Assembly: GCA_013265495.1 (NCBI GenBank)
Contig: MU057658.1
Location: 10,949 to 74,948 of the forward strand
DNA from: Vicugna vicugna
Lineage: Eukaryota
DNA: 64,000 nt
Direction: 5' to 3'
Below are positions 1 to 13,689 of this stretch, piece by piece; position 1 is the stretch's first letter; each line of letters begins with the position of its first letter. The position numbers and the translations under genes were made by a program. Below the pieces are notes generated by a model. It did no database searches. It was not told the DNA's origin and worked only from the letters and a program-made list of their open reading frames with translations.

Positions 1-1099
1 AGGCTGAGGAGATTCCCACCTGTGTTTATCGTGCTTTGGTAGCCAAGAATGAGGAGAGAGTTGAATGGCTCACCATGAATATTTTAACAACTTAAGAGGG
101 TTCCATGTCTCACTGCATTTAAGTATCACCTGGAGGAATTCAGGCAGTGTTTAGACCCAGGGGAAGCTAACGGCCTCTCGGTTCTTCATCAACCTGCAAA
201 CCCACCAGCCCTCTATGGCCAGACCTTGGCAAGTGCCTTCCCTTGTTATAATAAAACCCTTCGCACGCACGCCTGTGGTAAGATTTTTTTATTAATGGGA
301 ATGAGGATACCTTACATCCTCCTCAGAACTTCCTTATGGCTTCTCGCCTTAGACCCCGGCAAGGGGACCCGCTGCCCTGGGTCCTGCACTGCAGAGGGTC
401 CCCCTGGCCCTGACACTTCATCTGGCCACGCCCTCCATCAGGTGGGGCCAGCAGGGCCAAGGGGACATGGTCATTGGCTCCATCCCGTACTCCAGAATCC
501 CAGGACCCCGAATACCCTGCCTCAGCAGCCCCTGATCCATTTCTAGTGCCTGCACCGTCTCTCCCCGGAGTTCAGATTCCCAGGACTCACAGAGAGGCCA
601 AAAGGCAGCTGTTTGCATGGAGGGTATGCGCAGAACCAGGACGTGAAATCTGAGTGTCCCCCTGTGCACATCCAAGGCCCCTTGTGGCAAGGGATGGACC
701 CAGCATTGGGAAGAAAAGGGTCAGGCTATTGATCAGAGACTGAGAATCACCTCTCCCAGCACACTCACTTTCTTTGCAGGACTCCCCTGAGTCTGGGAAT
801 TCTAATTTTGAACCTGGCCTTCCCCCTTAAAATGAATGTATATTTGTAAAGGCAGGACCTTAGAACCACCTGCAATTAAAATGTTCAGATATATAGGATG
901 TGGGCTCCCAGGTATGCTCTGGAACTGCACTTCCAAAGGTCCAGAGCAGTTATGTTGGCTCTGCTGAGACTGTAAGTGGCAAAGACCGTCTCCAGAGAGG
1001 AGGGGCTCCTGCTTCACGCTCCGAAGTCAGGTTCTTCTGAGTGGATAAAACGATGGACACTGAGGCCCTCAATTGTAAATTGATTTAGAATAACGCCAA

Positions 1100-1365
1100 A
1101 GGTGTGTATGACGTGTTTGTGCGCACATATGCAACTGAAGAATTGTGTGGTACATGACTGTGAGTGTGTGTGTGGCTGTGCGCACGTGCGCCTGGGGATG
1201 TTTGTGGTTGTGAGTATGCTATGTTTGTGTGTGCGCCTGAGGACGTGTGTGTTTGTGTGTATGGTATGTGTGTGTGTGGTACATGAGTCTATGTACGTGT
1301 GTGTGTAGGGAAGTATGTGGAGCAGAGTCAGTTTGTCTGCACGTGTGTGTGTATGTGCATGCATT
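1100..1365. repeat. Degenerate (TG)n-rich simple repeat
   Basis: Interrupted tgtgtg tracts; these explain the His/Thr and Val/Cys-rich ORFs. Confidence 0.85.
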
Positions 1366-3555
1366 AGTTTTAACAGTAGAATCTGTCCTTTAGAATTCTG
1401 AAGTAGTAAAATTTGTATGATGTCTTTCGCTGTATAATTCAAAATTAAAAAAATCTTCAGTCACCAGAAGTTTATTCCTCCCCCGATTCTGATTTTTTTC
1501 CATATTGGTATGTTTTCATTTTACTGATGAGGAAAATTAGCTTAGAGATGCTAACTGACTCAACCAAGGGCATGGAGCTCGCGTGCCCAGGGCCAGGATG
1601 CAGTCCAAGCCATGCTGCTTCAGAGGCCTGAAGCCCTACTCACAATCACGCGTGGCCTCTTGGCGGGGGAACAGATTCTGATGGGCTGTGGCCAGCGTGC
1701 AGACTGCCCAAGCCGGAGACTCGGGAAGCCGGGCACAGAGTACCAGATAGCAGACAAGAGTGAAGACCTGCTTAGAAATCAGATAGGTTCCTAGGTCTTG
1801 GATGAGTAAGGAGGCTTGCTGCTCATCCTTGATCCCTTTGCTGGTGGCCAAAAAGGACCAAGGCCCATGAGAGCACTTTTGGGAGCTGCCTGCCAAAACC
1901 TGGGAAAGGACTGCTCAGGACTGGCTCTGCAGTAGGAGCAGAGGAAGGAAATGTCGCCTCTTTGTGAATATTCTTGGTGATGGCAGTAGGAGGCCTCGCA
2001 GCCTTGGTATGGGGGTGGCAGGACAGGGTCCTAGCGGATGATCGTTTTCACCTCTCTTATAAATCATTGCTTCATATATTATATCCATTTAGTGGTTTAT
2101 TTTAGGATGGTAAATATGGTCTCTGTTACTCCATATTAGCTGGATTGACTAATTATTTTATTGTTAATTTTCTCTTCAATGATTTGGAAGCTATATTGCA
2201 TTTTAATGAAAATTCTCTCTAAATTGTTATAAATCATCTCTAAGTTCATAACTTTATATGTAATTGGACCAGTATTCCTATACCAATATCAAAATTGAAA
2301 TAATCTAATAGATCCTGTTCCTCAGTAATGATAAATTAAGCATATTTTACTCTCTGCTGTTCCAGATTGTGTGTGTGTGCATTTGTGTGTGTGTGTATGT
2401 GTCCTCCAGTTACTACTTTTTAGACAGTTGCTTTCAGTTTGTTATATTAACAATGAAAATATAGGTATAAACTTCTTGGATTTCATTGCTCACTACCACT
2501 ATTTAATACCATGTTTTTCCCACTTTTGAGTTATTTACTTATTGGGATTTTCAAATCAACTGGACACATGATTGGCTAAGTTTTATCGAGCAGTGGAGTT
2601 GGAACACTTTCATGTCTATATGCAGCTTTATGTTCTCCTTCTCAACAATTCTCAGCGTGTTGTTGATGGCCCAAACCTTGTTTTAAAGTATGGCATTGCT
2701 TTTATCACCAAAAAAACAAAAAAGGTTTCTTGATTTAAAGTGCTGTCTTTTTATGACTGGCTAGTCTTGTCTTGTGGATAGAGATTTCCTTAACCTTCCT
2801 CCTTCTTTTCGCCATAACTCGGATTCATTGAGATGCATCTTTTTACCATTTCTCAGATGGGATTCCGCTTTGACTTCCGCTTTAATACATCACCCCACTC
2901 TTTTTCTCCATGCTTATTCCTGAAAAAGTGAGCTCTCTATTGGATTAAAGATGGTTCCCTTCAGAGATGTGTGGCTCCCTGTCCAAAGGTCCAAATGAAG
3001 AGAAAAGGAAAGATTCCTGTTTCTGGTGGTTACATTTTGTCAGCTTAGAGATCTAGTTATCCGTGTGGCTGCGGTGGAATCTGCAATAACTTGGCTCAGA
3101 GTTTCCATTTTCTGGCTTACTAGGGTAGCCGCATGAGCTGGGGTCACGGCGCTGTGGCCGTTGTCAGGATCCCGGGACTGAGGCAGCCCCTCTCCCCCCT
3201 TGTTATTTTGATCTTGCAAACTGTGTCCCAGCTATGTGAACCCTGCACCTTGTGGCCAGGATTGCCCCCCATGTGACGTGTCTCCAGTTCCTCGGCGTCC
3301 CTCACTGCCATCAGCTAGCTCCAGTAAGGGTGAGAGCTGGCTTCCACTGCGGTCCTTCCTCCTTCCTCTCCAGGCAGGCCCTCCTTTCCCACTAGTTGTC
3401 CCTATACCTTCTCTCCTGCGCTACATAAGCTGAAGGAATTCCTCAGCGTTTCCTGCAGGTAGATGGCGCTGTTCTACGTTTGGACCCCTTCAGTGCTTGC
3501 AGTGGAAATTTAGGAGGTGGAAAGGAAGAGCTTGGGGTTTCTCCGTAACTAGGGG

Positions 3556-3998
3556 CTCCCTATCCAGCAGATTCAACTAACTGTGGTTTGAAAATATTCT
3601 TGAAAAAACAGAAAGTTTCAAAAAGCAACACTTGAATTTGCCATACACTTACAATTACTTACAGAGCATTCATGTTGTATTAGATACCGTGAGTAATCTA
3701 GAGATGATTTAAAGTACACAGGAGATCACAGCAAAAGAGAATGTGACAATGAATGTACGTGTATATTCATGTATAACTGAAAAATTGTGCTCTAAGCTGG
3801 AATTTGATGCAACATTTTAAAATGACTATAACTCAATAAAAAATTTTTGTGTATATATATATATAAAGTATATGGGAGTGTGCACATATGTTCCATGCAA
3901 GTCCTATGCCATTTTATACAAGAAGCGTCAGCATCCATGGATGCTGACGTCGGGGGAGAGTCCTGGAACCAGTGCCCCATGGTTACCAAGGGATGCCT
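3556..3998 (-). mobile_element. MER2-type TcMar-Tigger MITE split by an L1 insertion
   Basis: MER2-like strings gtaatctagagatgatttaaagta and gtcctggaaccagtgccccatggttaccaaggga flank the insert. Confidence 0.7.
3725..3864 (+). mobile_element. Short 5'-truncated L1 3' end with a 14-bp TSD
   Basis: L1 tail ...gactataactcaataaaaaa, flanked by aaagtacacaggag (3711-3724) and aaagtatatgggag (3865-3878). Confidence 0.75.
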
Positions 3999-4217
3999 GG
4001 AACCCCAGGCTCCTTATCCCAGCCTGCCATGTCCCCACGTGGTCTGAATCCTACCTGTACCACACTTCCCTTGTCACTCTCCTCCAGCCATGGCAGACTG
4101 CCCTCTGATTCTTGAACAGGCCACACTCAATGCGCTTCATGTCTGGCCCCTAGAAATATCCATTTCTTTCTGAGCTTGGCTCTGCTTTCACAAAACGGGC
4201 TTCATTGTCACTAGAGA

Positions 4218-4855
4218 AGACAGTGTGGAATTTCCTTTAAAAACTGAGAACAGACTTAACTCATGATCCAGCCTTCCCACTCCCAGGCATATGTCAGAAG
4301 AAAACTCTAATTCAAAAAGCCACATGCACCTCAATGCTCACGGCAGCACTATATATAATAGCCAGGACATGGCAACAACCCAAGTGTCCATCGACAGTTG
4401 ACTGGATAAAGATGTAGTAGTATATTTGTGCAAAGGAATACTACTCAGCCATTAAAAAGAACAAAATAATGCCATTTGCAGCAACATGGATGGATGTAGA
4501 GATAGTCATTCTAAGTAAAGTAAGCCAGAAAAAGAGAAAAATGTCATATGATATCACTTATATTTAGAATCAGGAAAAGAAACAAATGAACTTAAATACA
4601 AAAGAGAAACCGACCCACAGACATAGAGAAACAAACTTACGGTTACCAGGGAGAGAAGGGGATGGGAAGGGATAAATATGGGAATTGGAAATGTGTCCCT
4701 CTTGGGGAGTTATGGAAATGTTAGCTATCATGATTGTGGTGATGGTTTTCTGGGTGTAGACATCTATCAAATTCATCAAATAGTACATGTAAAATATGCG
4801 TAATTTACTATATAGGAATCATAACACAATAAAGGTGACAGTTAAAAAAAAAACA
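4218..4855 (+). mobile_element. L1 ORF2 C-terminus/3'UTR fragment joined to an older L1M 3' end
   Basis: gccatttgcagcaacatggatgga and caagtgtccatcgacag motifs. From ~4700 an L1M-type tail (gattgtggtgatggtt...aataaag) and an A-run. Confidence 0.75.
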
Positions 4856-6952
4856 AAGATTGGCGGCATTGTGTCCTACGATTTTATTTGTCTTTAGTGA
4901 GTGTGTCTTCACGTTTCTGGTCTGCCATATTTTCTGAACCAGAAGGGCCCTCCTTCCCTTTTCTTTGATAAACTGTCAGTGGGTGGCATTTATTCCCGTG
5001 GCTTCAACTTCTCTCTGTCCACTGATTAACTGTCAAATCTTTTCCAGCAAGGACATTTCATTTCAGTCCCAGAAATATACTTATAATTGACAATTAGACA
5101 TTCCCACTTCATTAGCCCATTACACTCGCACTAGGTTTACTTCTTCAAACAATGGCATCACTATCCCATCTGTTTTCAGTGATATACATCCGGGAGTTTT
5201 CCTTTACTTTTCTACCCCCTCACCCCCGTCAGTACTACACTACAATNNNNNNNNNNNNNNNNNNNNNNNNNNNNNNNNNNNNNNNNNNNNNNNNNNNNNN
5301 NNNNNNNNNNNNNNNNNNNNNNNNNNNNNNNNNNNNNNNNNNNNNNNNNNNNNNNNNNNNNNNNNNNNNNNNNNNNNNNNNNNNNNNNNNNNNNNNNNNN
5401 NNNNNNNNNNNNNNNNNNNNNNNNNNNNNNNCTGCGTGTGTAGTCCACGCTCCCTGATTTAACGTCACACCTTCTCATCACCTCGTTGCTGCTTTTCCTC
5501 AGCCTCAGCTTCCGTTAGTTCCCCACAGCCTCTAGCCTCACTGACCTTCCTTTCCTTAGTGCAAAGTGCTCTTACACATGGCCAGACCTCTGCACGAGAC
5601 ACACAAGCTGCGGAGAATCCCGTCCCCACCACGCACTCTCCTGGTCTAGAGATTTGCTGGAATCCTTCAGATGTCAGTGCAGAAAGCATTTCCTCTCTGA
5701 CACCTTCCCTACCTTCTAGAACCCAGCCCCAGGCAGTGCAAGAGCCCCTCTGAACATACAATATATATGAAGCCATGTGAGTCTTACCACATTGTTTTGA
5801 AAACCTATTTAAATTTGTCTCTTCCACGACACACTGTGATCTCCTTGAGGGATGGGGGGCTGTGTGGTATTTGTCTAGACAGCTAATGTCTGGCACAGAC
5901 CCCGGGCCATCTGAAGCAGTCTGCTGACTCATCAAAAAGAATTGTTGTCTTTGCGACGTAAGAAAGACTACATGCTCTCTGATCTTACACCATCCGGCAA
6001 GGGTCAAAATAATTTCACATAGAACTACACAGGCAAAATATGTGTATTCTTTTCCTCTTTGTGAGCCCTAGATCATAGGCATCCTGGGAAGTAGGTGTCA
6101 CTCTAAGCTGTCTGTCCCCTAGGCTGTCACGTCCAACTTCAACATATTTTTTAGAAGTTGTAGGCATACGTGGATATCACCCCGTCTTAGAGCAAAAGGC
6201 GCTTCAGCCTGACCCAGTTTAATGTCCATAAGAAAATCAGAAATCTTCCAAACTGAAGCCTGAGGAAACATTTCCCGTCTCTCCTTCCAGTCTGTCTGCC
6301 ATCTGCATCCCACATACACACTGCTCACCTGCATCAGACCACCTTCCATCTAGAAACATTTTCGGTGGGACACTTGGATGAGAACTAATTACAGCAGTCA
6401 TGAGGATGGTCCCATGAACTTAGGCTCTACACAACAAGGATGCTTTGACCCGAGGCCTCAGCCGTGGCCTGCAGGATCTGTTCACGTGTTCTGCCTGGCT
6501 TCAATGCAGACGTTGTGCAGAAAATCAAGCCTGCATTTAAAGTCATTGAAGGCCCAAGAAATCCAGAAAAATAGAGTGAGAGTCATCTCCTTGGGAATAT
6601 TTTTGTAAACCATCCACTAATAGAAAGAAAAGCTTTAAGAGGTTTGTTTCAGAGCAGATGATGTCCAACTGCATGTGGGTCAGTTTTGTCATTGTTGCTC
6701 GCTAGTTGGCTTTCTGCTGCTTCTAACACGCCGCTGTTTAGAGAAGTGGCCTGAGTCGGCCCTCAGAGCAGAAAGGTGAGCTGGGCCTGGCGACAGCCAA
6801 GCTCCTCTGCTGTGCAGTAACCCGCTGAGAAGGAAGGGATGGCCCAGGGCTTCCTCTGACTCTCTCCCTCAGTGATAAACTCTGAAGGGAAAATGGAGTA
6901 AAAAATTCTTAATTCAGTATGGTATTGTCAAAGTATAAATATAGTTGTCTTT

Positions 6953-7075
6953 GGAGGGGAGGGTATAGTTCAAGGGGTAGTATACGTGCTGGGTTCAATT
7001 CCCAGAACCTCAACGTAAAAAAATAATAAGAAAAAATTCTTTTTTAAAAAAAGAAAAATACAAAGAAGAAAAGAG
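6953..7075 (+). mobile_element. tRNA-derived SINE (camelid Vic-1-like), internally deleted
   Basis: ggagggtatagttcaag...ctgggttcaattcccag followed by an A-rich tail. Confidence 0.7.
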
Positions 7076-7329
7076 ATCTCAAACAATCCAACTTTAAAAG
7101 GAAAAAACGATTTTATACATAGTAATCAGCTCAGTCTTTTGCTAGATTAGGAGTTTGGGATTAACAGGTACACACTACTATGAATAAAATAACCAACTCC
7201 CAGGTCCTTAATAACCTAGTTCAACCTGAATCCTTTCTCTTTTTTCCACTAAGCAACCCGTGGAAACCTCTGAAATTCTCAACTTATAAAAGAATTCATT
7301 TAAAGGTGGTTTGAAAGTTACTGCTTAAA

Positions 7330-8140
7330 ACATTTACTTGTGATTCCATGAATATAGGTCTAGTAAGAAAGATAGACAATAAACCAATAAGCAAATAAAT
7401 ATATTATGTACTACCAAGTACTACTAATTGCCACAAAGAAACATAAAACATTTTAGGAGAGAAAATGATTGAAAAGGAAATATGTGTGTGCTATTTTAAA
7501 TAATGTGGTCAGATAAGTCCTCTCTGAGGGTAAAATAATTTGAACAAAGTCCTGAGTGAAGCAAAAGAATAAGCCACGTAGGTAACAGACAAGAAAAGCC
7601 TCCCAGGCCGGGAGAAGTGTAAGTACGAGACTTGGAGTTACAAACACAGCTGTCCTGGAGGGGACCGTCTGGGCGGTGAAGATGGGCTGGAGTAGAACGG
7701 TGAGACCTGAGGCTGCAGAGATGGGTGAGGGCCCGGATCACACAGGGCCTTGGTAGGGACTCTGGATATCCTTCTGAATACAATGGAAAATCACGAGAGT
7801 ATTTTGCAAAGCGGAACGACTTGATCTGATTCATACTTTAATAAGACCGCTGTGGGTAACATATGGGGAATAAGCAATGGAAGCAGGGCAAGGTAAGCTG
7901 ATGGAAAGCCAGTGGGAAGAATGCTGCTGACCTGGAGAGAGACACCGAGGTTGGGCTGGGATGATGGCGGGAGACGGGCTGAAAGGGGGACACGATTTGA
8001 CAGTAACGGTCACGGGCCTTAATGCTCGAGTTGGACACAGACACAGAGTGGTTCAGGGTGATGGGTATTTGACATTTGGGGCTGAGCCGCACTTTTTGTG
8101 CAGAGACCTGACAGGAGAATAAAGTGGGGACGTTGATGTC
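7330..8140 (-). mobile_element. L2 fragment
   Basis: Typical L2 strings such as gggccggatcacacagggccttg-like and gacttgatctgattcatactttaataagaccgctgtgggt. Confidence 0.6.
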
Positions 8141-10189
8141 GGTAAGAAGTGTTGGTGGGTGTTGAATTCCCCCTAGAGCCGCGTCTCTGTTTCTCTGTAG
8201 ATGAACTCAGCAGAGCAGGGATGGGTGTTCCTATTTCTGCAGAGAATTGCGTGTCCTCCTCATCGACTAATTCGAGAGGCCGTCCTGCCCATCCAATTGC
8301 AACATCTTGAATCTGCTTCTTTCTATCCAGGAGGAGATTTCCATCTAAGATGCCAATCAAAAATTCCCGTGTCCAGAATTAGAGATGTGTGCCTTTGGGA
8401 TGACCTCAGAGATGCCTCCACAGAGGCTCGGTGTGCTCTCTCTCCCTCAGAGCACACAGTTCCCTTCAGTCCGCTGGGTCTCAGCAGAAAAGATTTCACA
8501 ATTAGCCCCTCTCAGGCCCTGGGGACCAACCTCCCGCTTGGCCGAGCTCTGAAAATGAGCACGAGTTCCGGGCAAAAGGCCTTCTCCAGGGCGCCATCTG
8601 GCAGGAAACATAAGGACAGTGTACAAAAGAGTGGGAGGGTTGATTGTATAAATGGATTTTAATTTTTGCTCTGAATCTGATCCTGTCCTTCCGTTTTGTT
8701 AAGGAAGTGTTCTTAGGCCAGACGTGATTCTCCTTTTTTTCTTTCTATTTGATCATCCAAGGGGTTTAGATAGGGTATTTGTTTTAGGGTAAGAATCTTT
8801 AAAAAAAAACCAAAAACTTGCAATTAGCGTCTTGTTAGGCATTTGGACAAGACAACCATTAAATTCTCCCAGCAGTATTGAACCCCCTTGTTCCTCCAGG
8901 GGGCCTCCAAAGGTATACATTTTCCAATTCTGACACAAAATCAATGAGACTTTCCTTGTTTTTAATCACTTCACCGTGGATAAAAGATATCACTAAAGAA
9001 GGTGAGAAAAGAGAAGGTCCCCATCATCCAGGGTCCCTCCCAAAGAGCCCACAGAAGTAAAGAGGAGATGAACGAGAGAAACGGTTTATTTATACACACG
9101 CAGGAGCCAACCAGAAAAGTAACTACCAAGTTAAATGGTGAAAGTTAAAGGCTTTGTTATCAAACTAACATAATAGGGCAAAGGGAGAGGAGAGAATTGG
9201 CTTCCATGACAGGTTTTCTTCTACATCTATTGAATCTCAGGTATCTTCAGCTAAAGTGCTTTTGTATTAACCGTGGGTTCCAACTGACTTTCCGTTCCTC
9301 GAACTTTGTTCTTTTTTTCAAGATTCACTCATGTATTCTGAGACCCTGGATTTTCCACGTGAATTTTAGATTGATTCTCAATTCCTGCAAAACACCACCT
9401 GGGATTTCGGTAGGCATACTTTGAATCCTTAGATCTATTTGTGGACTACTGTCATCTTAGTAGAATGAAGCCTTCTGCTCCATGAATATGGGATTATTCT
9501 CTATGAATGCAGGTCTTAATTTCTCTTGACAGAATCTCTCATCTATTGTAGTCCTCAGTGTCCAAGTCGGGTACTTCTTCCTCACCTCTATGGGATGCTG
9601 ATTCAGAAGAGACATGACCTCCTGGAGAACCTGTGCTGCCTGAGCTGACATGGAACTGAGTCCTGAGAAGGCTTCAAATTCTTTTAAAAATAGGATTAAT
9701 GTACTTTAATTACTCCATAGATGAGTAATGAATGGGTCACATTAACATAGGATTTTAATCCTTTCAGAATTAATAGAGTAATACAGACACAGTACAAAAA
9801 ATTGAAATATTGCCTAAAAGAGAAGAGATTTATAATTTCCACCCTCAGAAGTGACTGTCATGGATGATTTGGTACTTATGTCTCAATCTCTGTGTCTCTC
9901 AGTATGTCTCTCTCCATCTCTTTCTCTCACACATTCACAATTAGATCAATTTCCATTTATGTTGATTTCACACATATGTGGTCGTGCAGATGGGACTCTG
10001 GGTGCAGACAGTGGGTCTGCATACTTCCACCCTGAGGCCTCCCTTGACGTTGGGTTGAGACGGGGCACCCACTTTTCCAACTGCACAGCATTCATTCATC
10101 CACATGAACCAGAATGAGTGGACCCCATCCCCTCTCCATCAACATTAGTTTTGCTTTAATTATGACTGTTTCAAACAGTGCTGTGATGA

Positions 10190-11185
10190 ACACCCTTGAA
10201 AAGACATCTTTGAATAGATGTGTAAGGGTTTTAGTGGGATGAACTGTACGGATCAGAATATCTGGGGAAGAGATGCATCTGTGGCCCTTTGATGCGTCCT
10301 GCACACTGTTCTCTTGAAGAGGAGCGTCCCTTCACTCTTCCCTCCAGGGGATCTGCTGGAGCCTCTGCCTGCTTACATTGTCACCAGGGCTGGTTGTCAC
10401 CTGACTAAAGACCTGCCAGTGTGATGGTGACCGGTGCTGTCTCTGCAGTGTTTCCCTCTGCCTGTGTTGTCACCTGAGAGGTCAAGCATCTCTAACACAC
10501 ACAAAAAAACACCTGCATTTCATTGGAACTGCCCATGTCTGTTCTGTTTCTGTTTAGAACATTGGGTTTGGAAACATTTTTGGAATACAGGTATGGGAAA
10601 CCTTTCTCCAACCTTGAGTTATGAGGAATGCATTTTCCAGGTTGTGGTTTGTCCTTCAAGCAGTTTTTCTGGGCTTTTTCTAATTTTTTTGATGTGTTTG
10701 GTTTTGTTTTTGCCACAGGAAGAGCTAAGCATCTCCCTTCTGTCTTCTGGCTGAAATGTCCCAGGGGGAACAGCAGTGTCTACCATGAGATTATGCACAG
10801 AGTTACTAAAAGGGCTTCATTTTGTACATCACATCTTTAGTCCCTCTGGATATCCCCTGAAAATAATAAAAATGCTGTTTCAAGTGAAAACAAAAAAATC
10901 ACCAGCCCCAGGTGAAAACAAGTGGGCAGGCCCAAAAAGCCAACTTTCATAAAGTTTCATTGAAAGGGAACACCCACGGGAGGTAAAGACACGCAGACAG
11001 AAAGAGGACTTGGGGTTGTCAGGGGCTGGGTGAGGAGGGAGGGGAGTGAGCTCTCTGGATCCATGGTTTCACTTTGAGGGAAAAATAGTGTGAAACTAGA
11101 TGGTAGTGATGGTCGCACAACATTGTGAATGCCCCTAATTCTCCTGAATTGCACAATTTAAAAGGGGAAAAGTCTATATTTTATT
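10190..11185 (+). repeat. Local direct duplication, copy 1 (decayed ancient L1M-derived sequence)
   Basis: Collinear with 13690-14665; shared strings include tcaccagggctggttgtcac, gaagagctaagcatctcccttctg and aattgcacaatttaaaa. Confidence 0.85.
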
Positions 11186-13689
11186 ACATGAAACTCTAAA
11201 AAGAAAAATAAAGGAAGCCATAAATGATGTGAAACAAACAAAGGAAACTAAAGAAAACCAAACAAAAACATCTCCAGCGGAAGGGACGTCAAGTTTGGGG
11301 ATCTCCAGCGGACGTCAAGTTTGGGGGGGGGTACTGACAGTGGAATTTTGGAGAACATTTTGGAGAAGAAGGTGTGGGTGGGTGCAGAGGGGGCTCTTCC
11401 CCAGGTGGTGATGATGCCTGAAGTGGTTCTCCGTTGCCCAGCAGTCCAGGTGCAGAAGCAGTTTCAGGAGGAGCTGCAGGTGCGGCAAGAGGGAGCTCGG
11501 GGTCTCCTGCTGGATCCAGATCGTCCTTTTTTTGGCCTCTGACATCTTCCCCTGCCCCTGCCTCCTCTGTAACTATTGGATGTGGAGAGAGTTTTAAGTC
11601 TTGTGGAAAAGTTTATGCTGTGAGAGAGGAAATATTTATAAACCAGCCTCCTTTTCCATGTGTCTCTTGAAAGACAGAAACCTTCCCAGACCTTTCCAGA
11701 CAGCTCCCACCCAGAAAGTACCCACAGGATGTGTTCTGTGACTGAATTTTTCCAGACAGGTGGTCTGAGGCCATTCTTTTCTCTGGTCCCAACAGTAGCC
11801 TCCCTGAGTGGCCCAGCCCTCACCCCTCCCTCACCTACACACAGGCATCAGTCCTGACTTTCTGACCTTCGGGATCAGCTTCAGGGGCTCCTGGTCCTCC
11901 ACCTGACTTGCAGCGAGGTGGGCACGGTGCTCTAGCTCAGAGCCGGGTGTGCTGAGCTACCCGTCAGCCCCGGGTAGGTCCCTGGGAGAGTCCTGGGTGA
12001 TGTCTGGGTCGGAGGCCTGCCCAACTGATTTCTGGGCCTTGGTGGTGGGGACCCCTCATTATCCAGACCCACCTGGAGCCTGCGCTGGCCCTCAGGAGAG
12101 TAGTACACCAGCCCTTCACTTGGGGAGGGGGCGTTGGTGTTCGTATTCATCAGATTCCTTTCAGTATGTGGTATCTGGCTATGCAATGACAGTGACCAGC
12201 TGCTGACCCAGCCTAGAAATCTCAGAGCCCTTCTCGGCCAGGAACACTCCTGATTCTATCCACTCGACCCTCTGCTGCCAGATCAGACTGGGACCTTTTT
12301 CAGCTCAGACACCCGGGAGGGAATAGACATACCCAGAGAGCATGGGCTCCACCTCGGGCAGCAGGACGCTTCCCCGGCCCTCCACATCCCAGCCAGCCAG
12401 CTTTGACCTGGGCTGTGGTTGTTACCGGGCCCCCAGGCCACTGACATGCTCTTGCTTGAGGCAGAAACCCATCCCCAACATGACTGCACCACCTCCGCCA
12501 GACAGGACAGGGCTGTGGGGCTACCTGGGTGGGATCTGAGTGGTGGCCCATCCTGTGCTGGCCTGCCCTGGGCCTCCCTGTGTTACCTTTGGGTCTCTCT
12601 GGCCAAAAGGCCAGAGGCACCTTACCTTNNNNNNNNNNNNNNNNNNNNNNNNNNNNNNNNNNNNNNNNNNNNNNNNNNNNNNNNNNNNNNNNNNNNNNNN
12701 NNNNNNNNNNNNNNNNNNNNNNNNNNNNNNNNNNNNNNNNNNNNNNNNNNNNNNNNNNNNNNNNNNNNNNNNNNNNNNNNNNNNNNNNNNNNNNNNNNNN
12801 NNNNNNNNNNNNNNNCCATAGCCCTGGGGAGGCCTGGATGCAGCCAGTGCCGCAGCTCTGAGGACACAGCTGGGTTCAGACCTGGCTCTCCCCACTCAGC
12901 AGTGCTATCACCCTGGACAAGCCACGTGCCTCTCATGGTCTCCCCAATCCCCCATCGGCACAGTGGGGATCGTTCTGGCCCCTGCTTCCTAGAGAAGACA
13001 TCCTCTCTCTAGACCTAGAAACACCTACTGCATCTGCCACCCCCACGGGCTGGCATCACAGGGAGCTCATGCACAAACTCAGCAAAGGAATGACCCCACA
13101 GAGGGATGGCGGAGTGCAGAGCACATGCCACACGAGCCGGGGTCTGCCCTGGGGTCTGGAGAAAGTCACTTTCCGTGCTACTTGATTCCCAGCTCCCAGT
13201 CATGAGACTGAAATTAAATACAACTCTGACATCATCCGCTCTGGCATACAACCTCCTAGGTCATTCTGTCATGTTGACATACAGGCCCAGTGTCTCATCC
13301 CGGCCTCTGTGGTGGGCTGCCCCACAATGGCTTCCTAGTTTTTGCCTTCTGTTCCCACGCCATTGTGTGATCCCCACACTCTCCCCTGGAAGTTGGATGG
13401 ACTTTGGGACCAGGTTCTGACATGTAGACTGACTTGTGAAAATGTGCGTGAGTTCCACTCATTACCAGCTCCAGTGTTCCTTCTCTCTGTCTTGTCTCTC
13501 TCTCTGTTTCTCTGTCTCCCCCTGCTTTTCTGTGTATCAGTCTGTCTGTCTCTTTTCCTGTATATATGTGTATATGTATGTATATATTTATGTGCATATG
13601 TGTGTATTTATGTGTGTGTATTTTTCGGGCCCACGGCAGGTCACTTCTGAAAATCCCTTGTTGACATATTGATTATTTTGAATTCATGT

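Noticed and set aside
280..816. Minus-strand mini-exons (591-649, 769-813) with gtgagt donors and AATAAA near 290
   Set aside because: The acceptors lack pyrimidine tracts and I recognise no peptide; too weak to call.
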